This document shows positions 54,500 through 64,000 of a stretch of 64,000 nt of DNA, in pieces. A program made the position numbers and the translations under genes. The notes under the pieces were generated by a model, which worked only from the letters and a program-made list of their open reading frames with translations, ran no database searches and had not been told where the DNA came from. The stretch's first letter is position 1. Each line of letters begins with the position of its first letter. Origin of the DNA: Octopus vulgaris. Taxonomy: Eukaryota. The DNA lies in the NCBI GenBank assembly GCA_951406725.2, contig OX597821.1, positions 5,704,001 through 5,768,000 of the forward strand. The letters are read 5' to 3'.

Positions 54500-56140
54500 T
54501 TAGTTAGTTAGTTAGTTAATTTGGCTCAAAAGCAAGTAGCAAGGCCATGTAGGGGGACATGGAGTTAAGTACAGGGTGGTGTTCATGTAAAGAGTTCAGG
54601 CCACTTGAGGTCCAGGAAGGCTTTGAACAAAGCGGTCGTCGGCATCTTCACCATCTCGTCTGGCAGCTTGTTCCACGGATCCGCAACCCGGACGGAGAAA
54701 GCTCCTCTCCTTCGATTGAGATGAAATCGTCGCAGGTAGAGCTTTTCGGAATGACCCCGCAGCCGACGCTCTGGAGCAGGAGTGAAGAACAGCTCTTTCG
54801 AGAGGTTACACTTTCCGCTTATGATGTTGTGGGCGAGAATGAGATCACCACGGCGGCGGCGTTTTTCAAGAGAATAAAGGTCGAGCGTCCTCAGCCTTTC
54901 TTCGTAGGACACATTTTTGAGACCATGAACCATGCGGGTAGCCAGCTTCTGGACTCTTTCGAGATGCTGTATGTCTTTGAGGAGATAAGGAGAAGAGGCT
55001 TGAATCCCATACTCCAATATGGGTCTCACCAGCGTGACATAGAGTGGTAGGAATATGGCTGCTGTGAGCATTCCGAATGACCGTCGAATCAAGAACAGAA
55101 TTCCGCGTGCTTTGTTGGCAGCATGGACGCACTGGGCCGAAGGCGAAAAGGAGGAATCCACCGAGATACCCAGGTCCTTTACCTGATCGGTCCTCTCCAG
55201 CAGCAGACGACCCGGCTCGAAATCAAGTTGAGTTGCAGGAGTAGAGCCGACAGGCAGATGACAGCACTTTGACACGTTCAGACACAGGTCCCAATCGTTA
55301 GACCACTTCCAAATTTGGTGGAGGCATCGACGAAGGTCCTCTATATTACCGCGAGGAGCGACCAGTTTGATATCGTCGGCAAATAGAAGGGTGTGTTGCG
55401 TAAGGTCGTCGGGCAAGTCATTTATGAAGACTAAGAACAACAAGGGCCCAAGCACTGAACCTTGAGGCACGCCACTGCTCGCACTGGAGACGTCGGACCG
55501 CGAACCATTAACTTGGACTTGGAAGGAGCGATCTGAGAGGAAGGCACCAACCCATCGTATAATATCCGGATGGAAACTATATGCTTGAAGCTTTGCAAGT
55601 AATAGGCGGTGGTTTACCGAGTCAAAAGCTTTGGCAAAGTCCAATAAAACGATGTCAACAGCATCACTATCATCGAGGATGCGCGTCACCAATTCTTCCA
55701 TTACTAGTAAGTTGGTCAAGCATGATCTCTTCGGCACGAAGCCGTGTTGGGGATCAGAGATAGAGGCTGTGTTTAGGAGGTGGAGCATCATATTTTTCTT
55801 AAGGATGGTTTCGAACATCTTGCTGATTATTGATGTAAGGGAAACCGGTCGGTAGTTAAGCGGGTCTTCGCGGCTCCCTTTCTTGAAAATTGGGCAGATT
55901 ATCGCTGTTCTCCAGTCTGCAGGTATAACACCCGTCGCCAATGACATATTGAATAGTCGTGTTAAGGGCTCGCAGATGACCGGAGCCAACGCTTTGATAA
56001 CCCGTGGGTGTATGCCGTCAGGGCCGTGACCCTTGTTGACATCGAGGCCTTGAATAACACGTTTGACTTCGTCCCGCGTGATGACCTATCGAAGCATTGG
56101 AGGTACCGATCTATCAAATGGAATTGTATCATGATGGTGT
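54500..56140 (-). mobile_element. CR1-clade LINE, 5'-truncated, with (TAAC)n tail
   Basis: RT ORF open ~56085-54583; 3' TAAC repeats at 54500-54520. Confidence 0.92.
54583..55989 (-). CDS. Non-LTR reverse transcriptase (CR1 clade ORF2, N-terminally truncated)
   Basis: PIFKKG..NYRPVSLTS, QHGF, LDFAKAFDSV, GVPQGSVLGPLLF, LFADD, DLGI, RPILEY, LERVQK, RLRGH; the frame extends upstream (GPDGIHPRVIK). Confidence 0.93.
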   Translation of the reverse strand: MAPVICEPLTRLFNMSLATGVIPADWRTAIICPIFKKGSREDPLNYRPVSLTSIISKMFETILKKNMMLHLLNTASISDPQHGFVPKRSCLTNLLVMEELVTRILDDSDAVDIVLLDFAKAFDSVNHRLLLAKLQAYSFHPDIIRWVGAFLSDRSFQVQVNGSRSDVSSASSGVPQGSVLGPLLFLVFINDLPDDLTQHTLLFADDIKLVAPRGNIEDLRRCLHQIWKWSNDWDLCLNVSKCCHLPVGSTPATQLDFEPGRLLLERTDQVKDLGISVDSSFSPSAQCVHAANKARGILFLIRRSFGMLTAAIFLPLYVTLVRPILEYGIQASSPYLLKDIQHLERVQKLATRMVHGLKNVSYEERLRTLDLYSLEKRRRRGDLILAHNIISGKCNLSKELFFTPAPERRLRGHSEKLYLRRFHLNRRRGAFSVRVADPWNKLPDEMVKMPTTALFKAFLDLKWPELFT

Positions 56141-56278
56141 TTTTCTCACAGGCGGTGCCCAACTGACCCTACTATACTGTGTAGTCAACAAAATGAAAAA
56201 CAAGCAATGCGCAAGCGCGAAATTAAAAATACACAATCGCAACAACTTACCCATCGCACCCTGTGTGTGTGTTTTTAT

Positions 56279-56325
<47 letters not shown>

Positions 56326-56540
56326 CTTATATTCTTTTATTTATTTCAGTTAAGGGACAGCGGCCATCATGGAGCACCGCCCTGAAGAATTTTGGTCGAA
56401 TGAATTGACCCAGTACTTTTTATTTCAATCTGGTACTCATTCTACCAACCTCTTTAGCCGAACCGCTAAGTTACAGTTATCAAGTGGTGGTGGGCAACAA
56501 ACACCGACACAAAGACACACACATAGATATACACATATAC

Positions 56541-56611
<71 letters not shown>

Positions 56612-56614
<3 letters not shown>

Positions 56615-58448
56615 TTTATTTAAAGCAGCAGAAAATTCAACAAAATCTGTTACTCTGAGTTTCTCGTTGCCGTTCATCAGACAGTTTTTGCTAGAATGGA
56701 ACCGATATATCAATTCAATCTAGACTCTTACAAACGCTACACCTTTAAAAAGAAATGGACTTGTTTGATTGGCCCTTTAGAAAAAACGGTCAATCTTCGA
56801 GCGATAAACAAAAAGGTCAAAAATATATGTATATATATATAAAAACTTATAAAAATTATAAAATTCGAGGAAAAAACCTTACATTGAATAAAATACATAA
56901 TGACATTAATGAAGAAAGTATAATTAAAGCTTAGAAATTAAACCTATTATAAATATTACACTGCAATACATATTTAAGTTAAAGCGTACATATATATATC
57001 AACATACACAGAAGGATGCGTGCAAAACGCCATACATATACAGACGTATAAATATAAATCTGAAATATACACATAAATGCATGCGTATATATATTTACAC
57101 AATCCATCTCGCACGCAATTTAAAATCATCTATGTAGCGATTCTCATATACTGAGTAAGGGAGGGCGAAAGAAAGGAAGAGAGAGAAAAAGGAACGAAGA
57201 AAGGGGAAGGAAAAAAGAAAAAAGAAAAGGAGGGGTGGGGAAAAAAACGAAATAAGAAAAAATTATGTATAAAAGCTATGTAACGGCATTATTGACATGT
57301 ATGGAGACATGTATACAAATACACAAGCTCGAATGGATACATACACATACAGTCGTGTATATGTGTGCTTAAGCACAAACATACGTCCACTTACACATAC
57401 ACAGATACGCATGCTTACAAATACATATCCATGGCTATACACATACTTATATAAAAATTCTAATTTTTGACAACATTGCTTTTTTTAAAGAAATGGGTGC
57501 AATAATAAAAAATATAAGACATATAAAATAAAATATAACACCCTATTTTGGATCATCTATAAAAAATCAAGGTAATCCTATACAATACAATAACTTGAAA
57601 TAAAAAGTCGGAGGTTTTTCCTAATGTATATGTCGAAACATAAGACTTTGCTATACGGATTAAAATCTGTATAACGCGGAACAAAATCAATTGTAGCGCT
57701 CACAGCTCAAGAGTCAAAATCAAAATTTCAAAAATCAAAAATACAAAATATATACTCTATCCATATGGTATATTTATATTCGACATTTTAAATTTAGCCG
57801 CGTGCCTACATAAGTTCATGAGCTCACTTCTTTGATTCAAAGAATTATTGTCTTTGAATAAGATGTACATTTTTTCTAATAGACAAAGTTTGCACTTGAA
57901 ATTATTTTTGTATGCTCCATGCCTGTATGGTGCCGCCCTGTCCAGAATGCGTTGAAAGGTGGGGTTTCCTTTTCTTTTAGTTCCCAGACATATTTTGCTA
58001 GGCTGGTCCTCTTCCTATTCTCTGGGTATTTAAATGAATCTTTATGAGAATAAAATCTTGTTTTAAATGAATTCTCTGAAGCCCCTGTGTATGTCTTGTA
58101 TTACGATGAGCCTTCTACTTGCACCTTGGCTTTATAAACTACTCCTTTCACTAGACATTTCCCTTCTAACGGACAGGAGCTTTCGTTTTTGAAATTGCAT
58201 TTCTTAATGGGCTCGGCACCATGTCTAATCTCAATTAGCTTTCTATTATGCTGGCTAATGTAAGAGGCAAAATTTCTGCAACAAGAATAGCTAACCTTCA
58301 GGGTTCTTCTATTAAATATCCTATAGAATTTATGACCCTGCTTAAAATGCTTAGAGACTAATCTCAAAAATTCCTTACCTGTATTAGTCTTTACGGCCAA
58401 ATTGAAAGCCGGGTTGAACCACAAAACTTTCCTGGTCCTAGTTTTTCA
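56612..58448 (-). mobile_element. Penelope-like element 3' end (GIY-YIG region plus long 3' UTR)
   Basis: WFNPAFNLAVKTNTGKEFL..IFNRRTLKVSYSC..CPLEGKCLVKGVVYKAKV, then YTGASENSFKTRFYSHK, CKLCLLEK, LNQRSELMNLCRH. Confidence 0.85.
56641..56690 (-). ncRNA. Type-I hammerhead motif at the PLE 3' end
   Basis: CAAAAACUGU-CUGAUGA-ACG(GCAA)CGA-GAAA-CUC-A-GAG-UA-ACAGAUUUUG; 9/10-bp stem I, GUA site. Confidence 0.8.
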
Positions 58449-58502
58449 TATATATATGTACATGTAATATGTACACATATATATATACACATATATACAT
58501 GC

Positions 58503-58547
58503 ACTAGCACTATGACCCGGCAACGACGGGTCTTTAATGCTTATTCC

Positions 58548-58633
<86 letters not shown>

Positions 58634-58800
58634 GTAGGGTTATTCGAAACGTAAAAATTATTTTTACATAGGGTCAACGGAAAATTTTATTAAAAAACGA
58701 GATGTAAACCATGAGTACACCTTTAGGAATAGAGATAGGTTTGGAGTAAACTAATTTGGAAATTGAAGGATAGTAAGAAATTATATGACATAAATTGGAA
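58503..58800 (+). mobile_element. Possible Helentron/HINE-type non-autonomous element
   Basis: ACTAGC..GACCCGGCAACGACGGGTC hairpin head followed by (TG)n; similar head at 42912 (ACTAGAG..CTGTCACGTGACGGG). Confidence 0.4.
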
Positions 58801-59417
58801 AATACTTAGCCATGCTTGATCGTACATAATTAATGATGCTAGATGCAACCGATGTGCAGATGAATTATGTCAGATATCAACATGTAGGAAGAAATTGCTT
58901 AATGAAACATCTAAAAGTGTTCTGTCTTGTAAACACTATTCTAAATATGTGTTTAGAAAATCTTATTAATTGTTTATGTGTTTGTACTTGTATGTATCTA
59001 TTTATATGTGTGCATGTATATGTATATATAAATGATCGTATATTTGTATATATATATATGTATGTATGTATGTATGTATTTGTATAGATGGGTTTGTGTT
59101 GTTTGTATTTATATCTGATATGATATATATATGTCGTTATGCATATGTATATGCATATATACGTATATGTGTGGATATATGTATATATATGCATGTGCAT
59201 ACATATGTACGTGTGCATGTATGTGTATATATGTCTCTATATTTACATGTATGTGTATATAAGTTATCGTAAATTCGAGTATGTATATGTATGTAATTAT
59301 GTATGTTTATGTATGTTTATGTGGATGTATATGTATGCATCTATGTGCATTACTATGCATACATATGTACTCATATGTTTATGTATGTGTGTAAATGTCT
59401 ACATATGTGTATATATG

Positions 59418-59461
<44 letters not shown>

Positions 59462-59538
59462 TATATACGTATATGTTTGTATGTAGGTTTGTATATCTTC
59501 GTGTATATTTTGGTAGAATACTTCTATTTAATTTTTCT

Positions 59539-59581
<43 letters not shown>

Positions 59582-59900
59582 GTGTATATGTATATAGATG
59601 TAGAAATATGTGTATAAGTATATGTATTTGAATATGTGAATATATATATATGTATATCTTTAAGTTTTGTCATCTTAATCTATATAATAATGCTGAATTT
59701 GGAAAAATAATTTTTTAGTGGATAAATTCAGAATTTTGAGTCCTTTTAGTGCAAATTGTTGTAGTTACTGTAAAATATATCATTATATTAGTAATTTAAT
59801 ATTAACTACATATTACAAATAAGAAGTCTTCATTGTACTAAATAATTATATGTATAATACATTCATTTTATTTATCAATTAATTGATAATAATATTTTTA

Positions 59901-59961
<61 letters not shown>

Positions 59962-60579
59962 CTTAATTATTATTATTGCATTGTTTTATTTGATTTACTA
60001 ACTAAATTTATTAACCACAATAATAATTATTATAGTATTGTGTAGTTTATAACTTGTATTCTTATTACAGCAATATTGTTTTGTTACTTCTGAAAGAATT
60101 AATAAAATTTGCATATATACTATTTATAGTCCTTTATATAAAGGAATAATAATATTAATTATATTCATCCAGGATCGGTACTCAATCCTTGTTTTTGCTC
60201 ATATTACTTAATTTATATTTATTGAGTTCTCCCTTCCATAATATACGAATAATAATCCTTATTTAAGTAACTTCAAACCTGGTTACTTCTGAAAAACTAG
60301 TGATATTTTGACATCAATTATTATAGCCTAACTCTATATCTGTGGGATAATATAAGTTGGAGTTATTGTCGCTCTAAGTTTATCTTCATATTTATTACGG
60401 AATTCTTCCTGCGATAAATTAAGAAAAGAACATTTTTGTTTGGTATTTCTTCATATTTATTACGGAATTATCCCTCCGATAAACCAAATACATAATGACA
60501 TTTTTGTTAGCTACTTTAAACTATCATTTTTATATCAACAACTTTAAATAAACAGAAGAGTTCTTATATATTACCAATA

Positions 60580-60880
60580 TGTGGAGACACATGGCCTAGT
60601 GGTTAGAGCAGTGGACTCGCGGTCGAGGCCTCGCGGGTTCGAATCTCAGAGCGGACGACGTGTGTGTTTGTGAGCGAAACACCTAAGTTCCACGCGGCTC
60701 CGGCAGAAGGTAATGGTGAAACTTCTGCTGACTCTTTCGCCACAACTTTCTCTCACTCCTTCCTTCTGCATCTTGCAGCTCACCTACGATGGAGCGGCGT
60801 CTCGTCCGAGTGAGGAACCTATACGCCAAGAAACCGGGAAACCGGCCCTTATGAGCCAGGCATGGCTCGAGAAGGAACAA
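60580..60880 (+). mobile_element. tRNA-derived SINE related to 53425-53735
   Basis: TGGCCTAGTGGTTAGAGCAGTGGACTCGCGGTCG..GGGTTCGAATCTC..GAGCGAAACACCTAAG. Confidence 0.8.
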
Positions 60881-61143
60881 ACATATTACCAATATAATTA
60901 TCATTTATACTTTTTACACGCTATATTACAGTTTTTAGATTAAGTAAAACCCTAATACTTAATTTAGATACCTATATATTGTTTTTGCATATTAATATAA
61001 TAGCAAAAGATTGTCTTCGACCTAAACAAGTTTGGATTAATATTATTTGAGATATATAAATATGTATTTCGATAGGCACATGAATTATTTGTTTGTACGA
61101 TCCAGCTGTCCTTTCACACGGAATTTCGTCTATCTTTAAACCT

Positions 61144-61225
61144 TAGCTCTGATGAGACTTATATAAGTGAATTGAATTGTTTGTATATCAAATAATGTAT
61201 ATAAGTCGAAACAAATTGTTGGCTG
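61144..61225 (+). ncRNA. Type-I hammerhead ribozyme motif
   Basis: TAGCT-CTGATGA-GACTTATATA(32 nt)TATATAAGTC-GAAA-CAA-A-TTG-TT-GGCTG; perfect 10-bp stem II. Confidence 0.8.
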
Positions 61226-61659
61226 TTTTGGTTTTTAATGATTTTGTTAGGTCATATTATATTATATTATGAATATGATATAATTATGTTATATTATAAT
61301 ATAAAAAAAATTATTCGATTGTCAGTTGTATCTCTCTATTTAATTTATTGCTGATATATATATACATAGTACGAGTGAGTACTTGTAAATATATATTATT
61401 TACTTTGTGAGTGAATAGCTCTGTAAGAGTATACATATGTTTTGAATGCACAGTCGATGTATTAAAATGCGCATATATTTATTCATATTTATTATATCTG
61501 TAGAACAGCTTCAGTAAGTTGGCTATCGAAAGTTTCGTACAGTCAGACGGAACAGTAATTATATATTTTGCAAATTAGTCAGTTTTTAGTATGGTGTACT
61601 CAAAGCCCTGTTGCAACCGTCTCTGGAATAATAATTTGGCAGGTCAGCTAATTAAAAGT

Positions 61660-62220
<561 letters not shown>

Positions 62221-62316
62221 TTTGTGCCTAATAATAATATATTGAAATTACAATGAGTGCAACAATTACCTCTCCTAAAAAAGTCTCAAAACTTCTGGGA
62301 TGTCTATTGTAAATAG

Positions 62317-62418
<102 letters not shown>

Positions 62419-63142
62419 GGGGAGAATTCACAAAAGCAAAAGACGAAGACAGGTGGTGTAGACAACAAACAGGCGTATTAGTTTAACGCTCAGGAAGTGA
62501 AAAAGTATTTTACGTTTCGAGCCTACGCTTTTCCACAGAAAGGAACACGCAAAAGAAACAAGGAGAGAAAATAAAGAATGTGTAGTGGCTAGCGATCTAT
62601 CGTGGCGAATGCCGGACAGAGGGGTCACACAGGAGAGTTAGGAAGAGGTGGAGATAATAAAGAAGTAGAGATAATATAGTAGTGATGACCCCAAAACGAA
62701 GGTGCGCGTGCATGTGTATAAGAGAGCTTTATGTGCCTGTGGAAGAAAGCTGGTAACCGTGACGTGTGTATGTTTAGGTGCGTGGATGATTGTGTGGGGC
62801 TGGGAAGTGGTTAGTGCTAGTGTGTGCGTGGTGGTGTGACGTGATGTGTGGTATGGTAGTGTATGGTATGGTGGTGTGGGGGAGGCGAGAGTGTGGAAAG
62901 AAAAGGTGGGGGTGAGCTAGGGTGAGATAGGTGGGATATGTGGGAATACATACATGAGAATACATACATAAAACAAAACATACAAATCTGCACATATACA
63001 CACATTCCTGCAAAAATGCTTCTTTGATGGTGCTAAAATTCCAATGAGGAAGCGCTGGACCTAGGCTAGAAACCGGCTCTCTCTATTCGCAAGAAATTTT
63101 GAAATAAAACTGAATAATGACATACATAGAGACATTATTAAA

Positions 63143-63320
63143 TATTCTTTTCTACTCTAGGCACAAGGCCCGAAATTGTGGAGGAGGTGACCAGACAATT
63201 AGATCGAACCCAGTACGCAACTGTTTCGTAATTTATCGATCCCGAAAGGATGAAAGGCAAAGTCGATCTCGGCGGAATTTGAACTCAGAACATAAAGACA
63301 GGCGAAATACCGCTTAGCAT
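63143..63320 (-). mobile_element. SINE family B
   Basis: CTACTCTAGGCACAAGGCCCGAAAT..GGCGGAATTTGAACTCAGAAC. Confidence 0.85.
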
Positions 63321-63343
63321 ATTTATATATACGTATATATATG

Positions 63344-63399
<56 letters not shown>

Positions 63400-63504
63400 A
63401 TAGGTTTCGCATTATTGGCCAGGATGTCTAACTTAATAGCACCACCTGGTGAAGTCTTTCAAGTCAGAATTTGGGCACTATGCCCATCAAGTAGAGATGT
63501 TATT

Positions 63505-63544
<40 letters not shown>

Positions 63545-63680
63545 CCTATATACATATATATAGAAAATAGTAAAAAGTGAAAAAACTACAGAAGGCTTGT
63601 TTTAAAGGTTAAAAATATATATTTGAGTCAATATGTCTGAAGAATGTTATAATTTTTTTCCTTACAATGACATAGTTTAG

Positions 63681-63720
63681 AAGAAATGACCGGTTCCGCG
63701 TTCAGCTTTTCAAATTTCTT
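63681..63720 (-). ncRNA. Minimal hammerhead, U3-A8 variant (GAAA mutated to GGAA)
   Basis: AAGAAAU-UUGAAAA-GC(UGAAC)GC-GGAA-CCGG-UC-AUUUCUU; perfect 7-bp stem I, stem III ACCGGU, GUC site. Confidence 0.6.
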
Positions 63721-64000
63721 ACATCGTTATGTTTATGTTGAGAAGAGTTATACATACATACATACATAATACATACATACATACATACATACATACATAC
63801 ATACATACATACATACATACATACATACATACATGCATACATATGCACATCGATAAAATAAATACTTACATGCGTGTCTATGCTGATGTGTGAATATGAG
63901 CGGGGTGGGTGTATGCCTGTGTATGATGTATCACTAGAAATTTTTCCAGTGACATGTTGCTAGTTCACCTTTTATTTATATAAAGGTGCTTCATACTCTG

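Noticed and set aside
59677-60560. Possible Helitron (TCTATATATAATAAT start, short internal direct repeats)
   Set aside because: No 3' hairpin-CTAG end or RepHel motif could be identified; too weak to call

Overview
AT-rich, microsatellite-saturated eukaryotic DNA with no recognisable host exon, rRNA, tRNA gene or CRISPR array. The repeat content (three abundant tRNA-derived SINE families, very long TA/TG/GATA/TAA/TTC tracts) suggests an octopod cephalopod intergenic or intronic region; this is an inference. Nearly all ORFs in the track are translated microsatellites. The real coding remnants are all mobile elements: three Penelope-like (RT + GIY-YIG) fragments, R4/Dong-like, RTE-like, Tx1-like and CR1-clade LINE fragments, mariner and Tc1 transposases, and a Chapaev3-like transposase. 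The main signal outside the ORF track is RNA structure. By hand folding I find about a dozen loci of minimal type-I hammerhead ribozyme (HHR) motifs, in several unrelated sequence families, most with palindromic (dimer-type) stem III. Some sit in Penelope pLTR/3' ends. Others sit in short non-coding fold-back or circularly permuted units: a 501-bp near-perfect palindrome with one HHR per strand, a ~337-bp tandem plus inverted unit, and a ~415-bp permuted unit. Three families carry compensatory changes of the C3-G8 core pair (A3-U8, U3-A8). Together these suggest a Penelope-mobilised, retrozyme-like system of small self-cleaving or circular RNAs. All folds are by eye and none has been tested.
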